The notes below the pieces were generated by a model, which was not told the origin of the DNA, ran no database searches, and worked only from the letters and a program-made list of their open reading frames with translations. The position numbers and the translations under genes were made by a program. Positions 9,984-20,636 of a stretch of DNA of 46,477 nt are shown one piece after another. The stretch lies in IMG/VR virus record IMGVR_UViG_3300031760_000013, positions 66,458 through 112,934 of that record. The stretch is one strand, 5' to 3'. Position 1 is the first letter of the stretch, and the number at the start of each line of letters is the position of its first letter. Source of the DNA: a virus (lineage: Duplodnaviria > Heunggongvirae > Uroviricota > Caudoviricetes).

Positions 9984-10700
9984 TTGGCATTAAATCTGCT
10001 ATATAAGCATGAATGGCCTATCAATGATAAGCTAAGCATAGTTGTTCCGACTGTTGGTGACATTCTCAAGGATGAGGATGCATATTATGGCCTTGTCGGA
10101 TCATTGACAGCATCTCCACTTGATATGATGGTTACGCTTGACGATGCTGGTATAGACTTTACCAAACTTAACGACTACGATTTATTCATAATTTTATTTA
10201 ATGGCTTACGATCATTGGATACAAGCCTCATCTTCAATAATATAGACTTGAATAAGTTTAAGCTCAAGAAGAGCGACAAAAACGATCAAATCATTCTTGT
10301 AGACGAGGAGAATGGCATCATTATAGATCGTGCTATATATAATAAAATCGCAACTTCACTTCGTACAATTCACGGGCTTAAAAAGAACGTGAGAAAAGTA
10401 AACGATGAGGAGACGAAAAAATATTTGCTTGAGAGAGAGCGCTTAAAACAACAGAGGCGCAAGAATAGGAAAGCGACTCAAATGTCACAGCTCGAACCTC
10501 TCATTGTAGCTATGGTGAACACAGAACAGTACAAGTATGATTATGAGGGGACGTTGGGTCTAACAATCTACCAGTTCAATGAAAGTGTTCGCCAGATTAT
10601 TAAGAAGGTTGATTACGACAACCGAATGCATGGTATATATAGCGGCACAATTAGTGCTAAAGATATATCGAAGGACGAGTTGAATTGGCTCGTCCATTAA
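9984..10700 (+). CDS. Hypothetical tail-region protein
   Basis: 238-aa ORF, TTG start, between terminator-like gene and MTP. Confidence 0.55.
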   Translation: MALNLLYKHEWPINDKLSIVVPTVGDILKDEDAYYGLVGSLTASPLDMMVTLDDAGIDFTKLNDYDLFIILFNGLRSLDTSLIFNNIDLNKFKLKKSDKNDQIILVDEENGIIIDRAIYNKIATSLRTIHGLKKNVRKVNDEETKKYLLERERLKQQRRKNRKATQMSQLEPLIVAMVNTEQYKYDYEGTLGLTIYQFNESVRQIIKKVDYDNRMHGIYSGTISAKDISKDELNWLVH

Positions 10701-10720
10701 TTTTATAGGAGGGAAATATC

Positions 10721-11542
10721 ATGGTAAAAATTGGTGATATTGCCATTACCAGCCTTGAAACAATTTCTTGTTTTGATATTACGACTGGTGCTTATCTGTT
10801 CATGCTGGATGAACTCCAGAATGCAAATATTTCCCAGACCGAAGAGAAAGTCGACATCACCGGTAAACAGGGCCGTAAGATTACCTCTCTGAAGCGTAAT
10901 AAGGCTGTTACTGTTTCTGGCGATAACGGCCTCGTTTCTGCTGGTCTGTGGGAGAAACAGGTTGGTGCTGAGTTTGTCGATAGCAACACCGCTATTGTCG
11001 AGTGGACTGACTATCTCACTGTGGGGACTGGTAATAAGGCAAATACTTCTTACATTGCCGTTGGTACTGCTGGCGCTGAGATTGAAGGCTGCTTCATCAA
11101 GGATGCTGATGGCGTTCTGAGCACCGAGCTCGAGCAGGCTGGCTCTGCTGCTGCTGGCAAGTTCGCTTATACTCCGTCCTCCAAGCTGCTCCAGTTCCAT
11201 ACTGATGTTGCTGTTGGTACCGAAGTTGTTGTGTTCTATAAGCGCCGCATCCAGGCTTCTGTCCTGACTGACTATAGCGACAAGTACTCTGGCAAGTGCA
11301 AGATGTACATCGACGCTATCGGCGAAGACAAGTGTGCTAACATTAAGCATATCCAGATCTACATCCCGAAGGCTGACTTCTCTGGCGAGTTCTCCTTTGA
11401 TATGGGCGACAACCAGACCATTCACTCTTTCGAGATCGAAGCTCTGTCCGGCGGCTGCGGCGAAGCAAACATGTTCTTCACTTATACTGTGTTTGGGCAG
11501 GATGCTGTTGACCGCGATGCTTCTGGTAACGAAGTAGCATAA
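10721..11542 (+). CDS. Major tail tube protein
   Basis: 273 aa, biased codon usage, beta-rich (IQIYIPKADFSGEFSFDM...FEIEAL), strong RBS, position. Confidence 0.75.
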   Translation: MVKIGDIAITSLETISCFDITTGAYLFMLDELQNANISQTEEKVDITGKQGRKITSLKRNKAVTVSGDNGLVSAGLWEKQVGAEFVDSNTAIVEWTDYLTVGTGNKANTSYIAVGTAGAEIEGCFIKDADGVLSTELEQAGSAAAGKFAYTPSSKLLQFHTDVAVGTEVVVFYKRRIQASVLTDYSDKYSGKCKMYIDAIGEDKCANIKHIQIYIPKADFSGEFSFDMGDNQTIHSFEIEALSGGCGEANMFFTYTVFGQDAVDRDASGNEVA

Positions 11543-11568
11543 GACTAATAACAGAGGTGGTAAGGTAA

Positions 11569-11826
11569 ATGGCTAATGTAACAAAGATTTGCAAAGTCTG
11601 CGGGAAGAGCTATCTTGGATGCACCAATGCTGAGAAGTATGATGGCATCTTTAGATACCAGACCGTTGCCTGCTCCCCTGAGTGCGGGGCTATTTACCTT
11701 GCACGAGTATTAGAATCCAGAGGAATTAAGCAGGAATCTGCTGAACCTGAACAGGTTACTGAGGCTCCCAAAGCGAAGAGAAAATCTTCGAAGAAGGTTG
11801 AGCCGGTGGAACCTGAGGAGGTTTAA
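11569..11826 (+). CDS. Small Cys-rich (putative Zn-binding) protein
   Basis: CKVC...C...CSPEC plus a charged low-complexity tail. Confidence 0.6.
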   Translation: MANVTKICKVCGKSYLGCTNAEKYDGIFRYQTVACSPECGAIYLARVLESRGIKQESAEPEQVTEAPKAKRKSSKKVEPVEPEEV

Positions 11827-11838
11827 ACCAAATTTTAT

Positions 11839-11871
11839 TAGGAGGTGGCTTTTGAGCCATCTCCTATTTTT
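11839..11871 (+). terminator. Intrinsic terminator
   Basis: Stem TAGGAGGTGGC/GCCATCTCCTA followed by TTTTT. Confidence 0.7.
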
Positions 11872-11886
11872 CAGTGAGGTGGGCAG

Positions 11887-12480
11887 TTGAAAGAGTTGAA
11901 ATTGGTATCAGCCATACCACCGTCTGTCAACCATTATCTTGGGTATCGTTCTGTGAAGCGCGGAGGCAAGCATGTGGCAATGTCATATAAGACATCTGAG
12001 GCTTCCGATTACAGGAAGAATTTTGCAGACTATGTTTCCGAAGAGGTAGAGAGACAGGGTTGGGATTTAGAGCCCAATAGTACTCAGCACTTCTATGTTG
12101 ATACTGTTTTCTATTTTAACAGGATTGATATGGACTGTAATAACTACTTTAAGGTTATGCTTGACGCGATTACAGATACACAGAAGATCTGGCTTGATGA
12201 CAACGTGGTATGTGAGCGCGTGCAACGAATATATTATGATTCGGCAAATCCGCATGTCGAATTAACTATACATCCAGTGGAGTATATAGGCGTTTTTGAC
12301 AATGCGTCTCAGTTGGAGGAATTCGAGTCCAACTGCGTCGGGTGCACGCGATATATGAGCGGTAAATGTTCAATATCAAAGAAAGCGAAGGAAGGGAGAA
12401 TACAAAGCGAAATCACAAATTGTGTATGTTCGGCTTTCAGGCGAAGGAGGGACGTTAAAACAAATGTGGACCGACAATGA
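11887..12480 (+). CDS. rusA: RusA-family Holliday junction resolvase with Cys-rich C-terminal extension
   Basis: PPSVNHY N-terminal motif, DMDCNNYFKVMLDAI and WLDDNVV acidic motifs of RusA. Confidence 0.75.
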   Translation: MKELKLVSAIPPSVNHYLGYRSVKRGGKHVAMSYKTSEASDYRKNFADYVSEEVERQGWDLEPNSTQHFYVDTVFYFNRIDMDCNNYFKVMLDAITDTQKIWLDDNVVCERVQRIYYDSANPHVELTIHPVEYIGVFDNASQLEEFESNCVGCTRYMSGKCSISKKAKEGRIQSEITNCVCSAFRRRRDVKTNVDRQ

Positions 12481-13417
12481 GAAGGAAGAGCTTATTCGTT
12501 TGTACCCAGACCACTCTAACAAGGAATTGTGTAGTATCCTAAATAAAACGGAAGGGCAGATTCGTGGAATGAAGGAGCGGCTTGGACTAAACTCTAAGTT
12601 CAAGCCGTTCACAGACGAAGAGAAAAGAAAAATAAGAGAATACTATATTAGTCACCCAGATGCCATAGATATAAACGCATTGGCTGATGAAATGGGCAGG
12701 CAGAAAACATCAATCTCACGCTTCGCTCGAAGTGAGGGGCTCACTAAATACGACAGGCATTTTACAGCGGAACAAGCGAAGAATTATGCTACTGGATTTA
12801 AAAAATATATCAATTCCGAATATTATAACGAATGCGTAAAGCCAGCACATACCGCAAGACTGATTGATATCCTACATAATAACCATCCTAGAGGAATGCT
12901 TGGGAAACATCATACCCAGGAAGTTTGTTCTAGGATATCAGAAGCAATGATTAATAGATGGGATTCGATGACAGACAGTGAAAAGGCAGAGCAGATAAAG
13001 AAAAGGAAAGAAACTTTAATTGCTCATGGTGGTAGAGCTGCGAATAAAAATGCTTACTCCAGATGCCATGGTCGTTATAGAGAGGATATTGGCCAGTATT
13101 TTCGCAGCGCATGGGAAGCAAATATTGCACGATGCTTCAACCATCTTGGCATCCACTGGGAATATGAACCTAAGCGTTTCATATTTGAAGACACAGGGGA
13201 CGGAATCCTTAGTTATTGTCCAGACTTCTATTTATCTGGAACGGATAATTGGGTTGAAGTCAAAGGGTGGATGGACGACAAGAGTATTGAGCGTTTAGAA
13301 AAGTTTTCGGAATATTACCCAGAAGAGTACGCTAAACTAATTTTGATTGATGAGCAGAAATACAGGGATATACAGTACGAAGCAGACGGCGTTGTGGAAA
13401 ATTGGGAATATACATAA
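12464..13417 (+). CDS. Putative free-standing homing endonuclease (HTH repeats + NUMOD3-like + PD-(D/E)XK nuclease)
   Basis: WTDNEKEELIRLY and FTDEEKRKIREYY HTH-like repeats, GMLGKHHTQEVCSRISEA NUMOD3-like motif, RSAWEAN...YCPDF...VEVKG nuclease motif; AAGGAGG RBS supports ATG 12464. Confidence 0.65.
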   Translation: MWTDNEKEELIRLYPDHSNKELCSILNKTEGQIRGMKERLGLNSKFKPFTDEEKRKIREYYISHPDAIDINALADEMGRQKTSISRFARSEGLTKYDRHFTAEQAKNYATGFKKYINSEYYNECVKPAHTARLIDILHNNHPRGMLGKHHTQEVCSRISEAMINRWDSMTDSEKAEQIKKRKETLIAHGGRAANKNAYSRCHGRYREDIGQYFRSAWEANIARCFNHLGIHWEYEPKRFIFEDTGDGILSYCPDFYLSGTDNWVEVKGWMDDKSIERLEKFSEYYPEEYAKLILIDEQKYRDIQYEADGVVENWEYT

Positions 13418-13439
13418 TTTGAAATAAAGGAGAACTGTT

Positions 13440-14042
13440 ATGAAGAAGATCGCAATTAAGACTTGGAAAGAAATCGTGAATAGAGAACTCCCGGCAGAAA
13501 CAAAGGTAGATTTTTATGGTGCAGAGCTGATCATCAAGCGTCAGCTCTCTTTGGAGGAAATGATCACCTTCGTAAATGAGTGCGTCGATCCGTGCTTTGA
13601 TAACGACGAGCATAGATTCAATGCCGAGATCAAAGACTTTGTTATTCGGTCAAATATGATTAAGTACTATACGAATCTTACGCTCCCGGAGGATATGTCT
13701 GAACGGTATGATATGCTGTGCAAGCTTGGTGCTAATACCAATTTCACAGATGTGCTCTATGAGAACATTGATTGCAACCAGTTTGAAAAGATGGCTGACG
13801 CTATCGAAGCTAAAATTGACGAAGAGAACCTTATGAATGAGCTGCTGTTCACTAACAAGATTACTAAGGTCATTACTTCGATTGAAACTTTGATTAGCTC
13901 TATTGGCGCTGCAATGTCCACAGTAAGCGAAGAGGATGTAGCACAGCTGATTAAGAAGCTGAAGGATGACGGCTTTAATGAGGAAAAGCTTGTTGAGGCT
14001 GTTCTGGAACACGAGGCGAAAGAGGATGGCAACTCTAACTGA
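13440..14042 (+). CDS. Putative tail assembly chaperone
   Basis: 200 aa, acidic and helical, upstream of tape measure. Confidence 0.45.
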   Translation: MKKIAIKTWKEIVNRELPAETKVDFYGAELIIKRQLSLEEMITFVNECVDPCFDNDEHRFNAEIKDFVIRSNMIKYYTNLTLPEDMSERYDMLCKLGANTNFTDVLYENIDCNQFEKMADAIEAKIDEENLMNELLFTNKITKVITSIETLISSIGAAMSTVSEEDVAQLIKKLKDDGFNEEKLVEAVLEHEAKEDGNSN

Positions 14043-14520
14043 TTTTAATATACAGGCGGCATATGAGGCTATTAATCTAACTGATAGTGGCGTCGGCGAA
14101 GAAATTGCACGAGCGCTATTACCAGAGGCCGCAGAAGATCTACGACGAATGATTATGATGAACGCAGACAAAGAATTCACTACAAGCCAGATGTCTATAT
14201 ACAATCATATTAATAATATGAGTGTAAGTGGAGTTAGTAAGGGTGCTGGTGGAACATACGGGGTAGATCTAGTCTTGAATGGAAATTTGGCACGCCCATC
14301 GTTAAGCCCTAAGAGTTCTGGGGTTTATGATATTGTCGGGCTCTTCATTAATGGATGGAGCCTGCATAATGCTAAAAGGCGACCATGGGGTGACTGGCAT
14401 GGTAGGTTCGTTGGGGCTCGTGTTAGTAAGCCAGGTATGAGCTTTTTAGACGACGCAATTGAACAATTTGAAAATAAGTACGGTGGAACTGGAATCACCG
14501 TTTCTAGGGGCGATTATTAA
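14026..14520 (+). CDS. Putative tail component (HK97 gp10-like, tentative)
   Basis: ATG 14026 with GAGG RBS overlapping the previous stop; C-terminal FLDDAIEQFENKY motif resembles gp10-like proteins. Confidence 0.4.
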   Translation: MATLTDFNIQAAYEAINLTDSGVGEEIARALLPEAAEDLRRMIMMNADKEFTTSQMSIYNHINNMSVSGVSKGAGGTYGVDLVLNGNLARPSLSPKSSGVYDIVGLFINGWSLHNAKRRPWGDWHGRFVGARVSKPGMSFLDDAIEQFENKYGGTGITVSRGDY

Positions 14521-14591
14521 TAAGGGTGATGTAAAACGCCACCCTTAATATGCCTGTAAAATTCAGGAATAATAAAGGTGGTGGTAATTAA

Positions 14592-17500
14592 ATGGCAGGT
14601 ATAATTGGTCATGTTGGCATTGGCCTAGATAAAGGTGCGACCACGGCGGAGTTCAGTCAACTACAAGGAATAGTTGCTGGCGAAGTTGCAAAACTAAAGC
14701 CAGTAACTTTGAAGCTCGATGTTGCTGGGACTACAAAAGAATTTGGTGAACTTTCAAAAGTTATTAAGGAAGTAGCTAGCAACATAAACAAGATTAACAT
14801 GGCGAACATCGGTGGCGGCGATGCTGAACAAGCACAGAAGGCCAGAGAACGTGCCCAAGCATATAAAGAAGTCACACGTGAATTCCAGCGCTTACAGCAT
14901 TATCAGCAGAGCGCTGCGAAGCTTGATACTGGCAAAGATCCATTTGGAATGGAAAATGCTGTTAAGAAGTTGGATGAATATCGGCAAAAGTTCAATGAAG
15001 TTTTCAATGCAAACAAAAATAAGTTGTCATCGTCGCAGATTGATGACTTAAATTATAAATATCGAGTTTTAAACGAAACGCTTGATGAAATAAAGGCAAA
15101 ACAGACAGACAAAGCATTAGCGCAGGTAAATGCGGCTGCAGCAAAAGAACAGGCGCAAGCACTAAAAGAGCAGGCTCAAGCACAACGAGAGGCCGCTGCT
15201 GCGGAGAAAGAACGAAGTGGTGGGTTATCAGACTTAGAGAACCGCATCTTAAGTATGGTTAGTTTGACCGCTATATTAACAGCGTCTATTAGACAGATGA
15301 AACAGATGGTTAATACAACCATCGAGTTGGACTCTGCGATGACACAGCTTCGTATAGTAACTAATAACTCAGAGGCTGAGTATGCTGCATATGGCTCTCA
15401 AGTTGCAAAAACTGCACAAGAGATCGGCGCATCTATGACAGATATTGTTGACTCTACGACAGTATTTTCAAGACTCGGTTACAGTTTGAGTGAATCAAGC
15501 GAATTGAGCCGATTAACTGCGATGCTGCATAATGTCGGCGATATTGATGTATCATCGGCACAGAATGCATTAACCGCAATTACAAAGGCATTCGCTGACG
15601 CAGGTAGTGACATTGAGCTTGCAATGGATAAGGTGGTTACTGTTGGTAACAGCTTCCCGATCAGTGTTGCTGAACTTGCAGAAGGTATGAATAATGCTGG
15701 GAGTGCTCTTGCTGCCGCTGGCAATAGTTTTGATCAATCTATTGCATTATTGACAGCTGCAAACGTTACTGTTCAAAATGTGTCGAAATCATCGACAGGT
15801 TTAAGAACAATCGCCGCAAGGATTCGAAAAACAACAACAGAATTGAATGACCTCGGAGAGGTTGTTAATGAGGCAAAATATCAACAAGTCATCGACTTGC
15901 TAACAGGCAATGGAGTTAGACTCACGGAGAACGGCGAGTATCGAGCTACATATGACATACTAAAGGATATTGCAGATATTTGGGACAGACTAAGCAGTAT
16001 GGATCAGGCTGCAATAGCTGAGCAGCTTGCTGGCAACAGACAGCAAAATGTATTCTACTCTATCATAGGGCAGTTCCGCGAAGCTGAAGAGGCTATGGTT
16101 GCAATGCAGAATAGCCAGGGCGCAATGGCAGCGGCTAATGATGAATTCATGAATAGTATTCAAGCACATATCAATAGCTTTCAGTCGGCGTATCAGCAGC
16201 TTGCTTCTACAGTAATTGATTCAGATGTAACGAAGAATATAGTAGATTTTGGGACTGCTGCAATAAATGTACTAACAAAAGTTTTTGAGCTGCTAGATAA
16301 AATAGGTGGAGCGTTGCCGATAATCAGTGGCATAGCATCGTCCTTCTTAGCGTCAATAGGCGGAAAAGTCGGATCAAAACTGCTGGATATTACAGGGCTC
16401 ACAAAGACGATAGACGCTGTAAAAGGTGTTGTCGACGCAGCTGGTGGGCTTAAGGCTCTTGGCGGCAAAGGATTACTAGACGCTATACTTGGCAACCTAG
16501 GTTCATCGGCCAAGTTTGGAGCTACCGTAGCAGCAATGACAGCGCTAGCTTCTTTGGTAATGCATCTCGCCACTATGCCGACAGGGCTAGACGCTGCCGT
16601 TCAGAAATCGGAAGAATTAGCAGAAAAACTCGACAGCGTATCTGATAAATATACAGAAAACGAAAATAGAATATTAGAGTTATCTGTTGCGAAGAGTTCT
16701 GGCAATTGGACTGTGCAACAACAGATGGAGATGGACAATCTCATTGCAGAAAATGTTCTAATAGAAACGCAAATTGAACTACTTAGACAGAGAAATGAGG
16801 CTGCCCAAGAAAGCAAAGAAAAAGAGGCTGTCGAGTTAGCAGACGAACTTTTAGGTGGAAGTAGCAAGTCTGGGCATTCTCGTTCTTTAACAGATGCCGC
16901 TGAGAACTACCAGCGTGCTGTAAAAAGTGGTAACGGATTTGCCAGAAATTTCTGGTCTAATTATCTAACGACAGGTTTAGACAAAGCGGGGCAAGCGTTA
17001 CAGAATCTTGATCCTCAAAAGCACGCTTCAAAAATTGAGGCGCTGAACGCCGCAATTGCGGAGGTTAATGCAACGCTTGGCGCAACAGCAAAAACAGCAA
17101 TTGCAGCTGATGATGTTGTATCTCAGCTAATGGAATATGGGCAAGGCGGTAATGTCGATCTCTTGGCTCGGCCAGTAATAGAAGCTGCTACGTTGGCAGA
17201 GGCTGGGTGGAAAGAAGCCGGAGAAGGTATCGCGACAGTGTTTTCTTCGACGTTTTCAAATGCGGATGGTACTCTTGCAGCGAATTTCACACCAATTATA
17301 GTTGGTGAAAACGGCAAAGCTGTTGGTGTAATGACGCCAGATACATTGCAGAGTTATGCAGAAGATGTAATCAATGGTGTCCACGGTGATTTCTTAAATC
17401 TGCAAATTGGAGCATCGTTTAACGGCGAAGATGCGATCGAGCGTGCTGATGAGGCTGCAGAGAAAATACATGAGCTGCATGCTGAGTTTTATGACGGAGC

Positions 17501-20500
17501 CGACGCCCAGTCGATGGACGGTATGCTTATTTTCGATAGAGTCCGCGACAAGGCAGCAGAGGCGAAAGACGCTATTTCGAAGATGTGGGATTCGGATGAT
17601 TTTGCAGACCAACGTAATGAACTTATCGAACTTGCGCATACTGCAGATGGTATAACTGCAGAATCGATTGAGACTTTAGCATCTAAGAACGCAAGCCTCA
17701 AAGCCGTAATGGATGAAACTGGGATCAGTGCACAATTCTTAGCTCAAATATTATCGAGAGAAGCATTACATGGTGATGGGTTCGACCTTATTACAGAGAA
17801 GGCTCTCAGAGTTGATGCTGCTCTTTTAGAGATTGAGAATAGATGTGCAGGAGCAACAGCTGCGTTAGAGCAGTTTAATAAAGCTGCAGCTGGTGATAAT
17901 GCTGATGTGGCAAATTCCTATACGCAGGCTTACAAGCAGTTCCTTGAGGATTGGGAGGGTGGCCGCACAGGAAGTAATACAGTTGATGCTGCAGTTAACC
18001 TATTCTTTTCACCTGATCAGCTCGAGAGTATGGGGTACGATTTGCAAGCTGCTGGGGAAGCTTTATCATCTAGTTTCTACCAAGCAATATTCTCGACAGA
18101 GGGAGACCCTGGTGCAAATTTTGCAACCTATATTCGTAGTCATTACACCGATGCGCTTAAAGAAGTAGTTGACATTACCGAGAACGCTGACGGCACATTT
18201 GATATAGCAATTAGTTCGGCTGAAGAACTAGCGAATGCTTTGGCAAGCATAGATGGTTCAGAAGGGCTGGATGTTAATGCCGTTAATGCATTTATTGAAG
18301 CGATGGGTGCATGGGGTGTCCACTTATTTGCAACTGGTGCTGAGTTAGAAAATCTAGCAAACGAACTCGACCTAGTTGGCAATAAGGCGTCTTCTCTCCA
18401 AGAGATCTCTGATATTATTGATACACTTGCTGCTCGCGGCGATAGCGGAACTAAAATATCTGCGACGCTCCAAGCATTAGAAGATGCTGGCTATATTGAC
18501 ACATCTGGAATTGATACATCTGGGTTAGACCAACTTGAACAGAAGATTTCAGAAGCTGTAGCAAAATATAAAGAACTCAATGACCAAGATACAGAACTCC
18601 GTGTTACAGACAATATAGATGATGTAAAAAGCAGACTAGAAGCACTAATTGGTACGAAAATACCAGATAAGTATTTCACTGTTCATGAGATCCATAAAGT
18701 CGAGGGTGGAACTGATGCCAGTGCATCTGGAACTAAGAACTCCCCCGGTGGACCGACACTTGTCAATGAGCTCGGACCGGAACTTATATCTGAAAATGGG
18801 CATGCCTATATTGCGAATGGTGGCCAGCCAGGAATTGTTAATTTATCAAAAGGCGCAATAGTACTTGATACGCATACAACACGTAATGCGTTAGGTGGCC
18901 TTGGCCTAAACGGTACAATCGGAGCTATGTCGAGTGGCTCAAGAGCGACATTCCCAACGAACTACAACCCGGGCGGCGGTGGCGGTGGAGGGGGCTCTTC
19001 CAGTAAATCATCTAGTTCTAGCTCAAGCAGCAACTCTTCATCTACAAAGAAAGAAAAAACATGGTTTGAGCAGCAATATGATTACCATAAACACCTTGTG
19101 GAAATGGATCAAGAGCTGCAGTCTGACTTTTTGGATTGGCTTGATGAAGCATATAAGAAAGCATATGCCGAGGGGATTATCGATCTTGAAGAGTATATGC
19201 AGCGTGAAGAAGAAGTCTATAAAGGCCGCCAAGACCAATTCAAGGACTATATTAGCGATCTCGATTACGCTATCGACATGGCGAAGAGGGCTGGAGCTAA
19301 TTCTGAAGATGTTGCAAATATGTACCAGAAGATGCTCGATGAGATCAATCGCGCTCTTGAAATTGCATTTGCTCGCGGTCTTGACGAGAACGACGATTAT
19401 GTTCAGTATCTTCAGAACCAGTGGTATAACTATTACGACAATCTGAAAGAGGCTCGCGAAGATGCTCAGGACGACGCGATGGATGCTGTTGACGATCTCG
19501 TCCAGTATCGCATCAAGATGCTCAAGCAGTACATCAAGAATGAAGTCGATGCGCTTAAGGAACGTCTCAGCAATCTTAAGGACTTCTATTCTAAACAGAA
19601 GGATCTGCTTAAGGATGTCGCCGATACAGAGGACTACCTCGATGAGCAGGCAGAAAAGCGCAAGAGTGTTACAGATATTGAGTCTCAGCTGGCCATGCTC
19701 GATCTTGACAATTCCGCATGGGCGCAGAAACGTAAGGCAAAACTTAAAGAAGAGCTTGCCGATGCACAGAAAGAGTTAAACAAGTTTGAGCGCGATCATG
19801 CCATAGAGGTGGCATCTGATCAACTTGATGCTGCATACGAAGTACAAGAGCGTGCGATTAATGCGAGAATTGATGAGCTTAATGACTTAGCGGATAATCC
19901 GAAAGCTCTGTATGACAGAGCATTAGCAGATGTCCGAAATAATTCTGTTGCTCTATACGAGGAAATGATCGAGTTCAATAATAAGTATGGCGACGGAATA
20001 AAAGAGACTGTAGTTGACATGTGGGAACAGGCATACATATCCCTCAAGAATTATGCCGAGCTCTATCATGAATTCTACAATGGCATCAATCTCGTTAATG
20101 CTACCGGATATCAGCCCGGAACTGAAGGTAACGTTGGCGGTAACTATATAGCGCGTAACCCAGGCGGCAGCGCAATTAAAGTTGCAGGGGCCATGCCAGC
20201 GGAGGTTTCCGATTCTGGAACCGCTTCGCCATATTCTGATCTCGACCCTGCCGTACAAGCACAGATTGAAGCAGCGCAGGCAGCAATGCAGGCTCAGCTT
20301 GATGCTGTTATGAATAACATTCAGGCTGCTACAAACAATCTGCTCGATCAGGTTACGGCGAATACTCAGGCAACACTAAGCAATCTCACAAGCAACTACG
20401 CACTTAGTGGTGTTAATATGGGCGATATTATTATCCAAGGCAATGCCACTATGGATACAGTGTCTGAAATTCGCAGAGCACAGAGAGATAATATCTCTAA

Positions 20501-20537
20501 CATGCTCAAGGCTTTTAATACATTAAATAATAAATGA
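14592..20537 (+). CDS. Tail tape measure protein
   Basis: 1981 aa, Ala-rich helical; TP901-type core (IELDSAMTQLRIVT...SKSSTGLRTIAARI); ASG...LVNELGPELI C-terminal motif. Confidence 0.92.
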   Translation: MAGIIGHVGIGLDKGATTAEFSQLQGIVAGEVAKLKPVTLKLDVAGTTKEFGELSKVIKEVASNINKINMANIGGGDAEQAQKARERAQAYKEVTREFQRLQHYQQSAAKLDTGKDPFGMENAVKKLDEYRQKFNEVFNANKNKLSSSQIDDLNYKYRVLNETLDEIKAKQTDKALAQVNAAAAKEQAQALKEQAQAQREAAAAEKERSGGLSDLENRILSMVSLTAILTASIRQMKQMVNTTIELDSAMTQLRIVTNNSEAEYAAYGSQVAKTAQEIGASMTDIVDSTTVFSRLGYSLSESSELSRLTAMLHNVGDIDVSSAQNALTAITKAFADAGSDIELAMDKVVTVGNSFPISVAELAEGMNNAGSALAAAGNSFDQSIALLTAANVTVQNVSKSSTGLRTIAARIRKTTTELNDLGEVVNEAKYQQVIDLLTGNGVRLTENGEYRATYDILKDIADIWDRLSSMDQAAIAEQLAGNRQQNVFYSIIGQFREAEEAMVAMQNSQGAMAAANDEFMNSIQAHINSFQSAYQQLASTVIDSDVTKNIVDFGTAAINVLTKVFELLDKIGGALPIISGIASSFLASIGGKVGSKLLDITGLTKTIDAVKGVVDAAGGLKALGGKGLLDAILGNLGSSAKFGATVAAMTALASLVMHLATMPTGLDAAVQKSEELAEKLDSVSDKYTENENRILELSVAKSSGNWTVQQQMEMDNLIAENVLIETQIELLRQRNEAAQESKEKEAVELADELLGGSSKSGHSRSLTDAAENYQRAVKSGNGFARNFWSNYLTTGLDKAGQALQNLDPQKHASKIEALNAAIAEVNATLGATAKTAIAADDVVSQLMEYGQGGNVDLLARPVIEAATLAEAGWKEAGEGIATVFSSTFSNADGTLAANFTPIIVGENGKAVGVMTPDTLQSYAEDVINGVHGDFLNLQIGASFNGEDAIERADEAAEKIHELHAEFYDGADAQSMDGMLIFDRVRDKAAEAKDAISKMWDSDDFADQRNELIELAHTADGITAESIETLASKNASLKAVMDETGISAQFLAQILSREALHGDGFDLITEKALRVDAALLEIENRCAGATAALEQFNKAAAGDNADVANSYTQAYKQFLEDWEGGRTGSNTVDAAVNLFFSPDQLESMGYDLQAAGEALSSSFYQAIFSTEGDPGANFATYIRSHYTDALKEVVDITENADGTFDIAISSAEELANALASIDGSEGLDVNAVNAFIEAMGAWGVHLFATGAELENLANELDLVGNKASSLQEISDIIDTLAARGDSGTKISATLQALEDAGYIDTSGIDTSGLDQLEQKISEAVAKYKELNDQDTELRVTDNIDDVKSRLEALIGTKIPDKYFTVHEIHKVEGGTDASASGTKNSPGGPTLVNELGPELISENGHAYIANGGQPGIVNLSKGAIVLDTHTTRNALGGLGLNGTIGAMSSGSRATFPTNYNPGGGGGGGGSSSKSSSSSSSSNSSSTKKEKTWFEQQYDYHKHLVEMDQELQSDFLDWLDEAYKKAYAEGIIDLEEYMQREEEVYKGRQDQFKDYISDLDYAIDMAKRAGANSEDVANMYQKMLDEINRALEIAFARGLDENDDYVQYLQNQWYNYYDNLKEAREDAQDDAMDAVDDLVQYRIKMLKQYIKNEVDALKERLSNLKDFYSKQKDLLKDVADTEDYLDEQAEKRKSVTDIESQLAMLDLDNSAWAQKRKAKLKEELADAQKELNKFERDHAIEVASDQLDAAYEVQERAINARIDELNDLADNPKALYDRALADVRNNSVALYEEMIEFNNKYGDGIKETVVDMWEQAYISLKNYAELYHEFYNGINLVNATGYQPGTEGNVGGNYIARNPGGSAIKVAGAMPAEVSDSGTASPYSDLDPAVQAQIEAAQAAMQAQLDAVMNNIQAATNNLLDQVTANTQATLSNLTSNYALSGVNMGDIIIQGNATMDTVSEIRRAQRDNISNMLKAFNTLNNK

Positions 20538-20636
20538 TGCAATAGGCACTTAAATGATAATAGTGCTTAACGGAGTAGATGGGTGCAATGAAACGTCTGG
20601 TGAAGACATTGCAAACAGGAGAAACGTTAAGAGCTT

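Noticed and set aside
13440-14520. Programmed G/GT-type frameshift in the tail chaperone genes
   Set aside because: No clear slippery heptamer at the ORF junction; the second ORF has its own RBS and ATG
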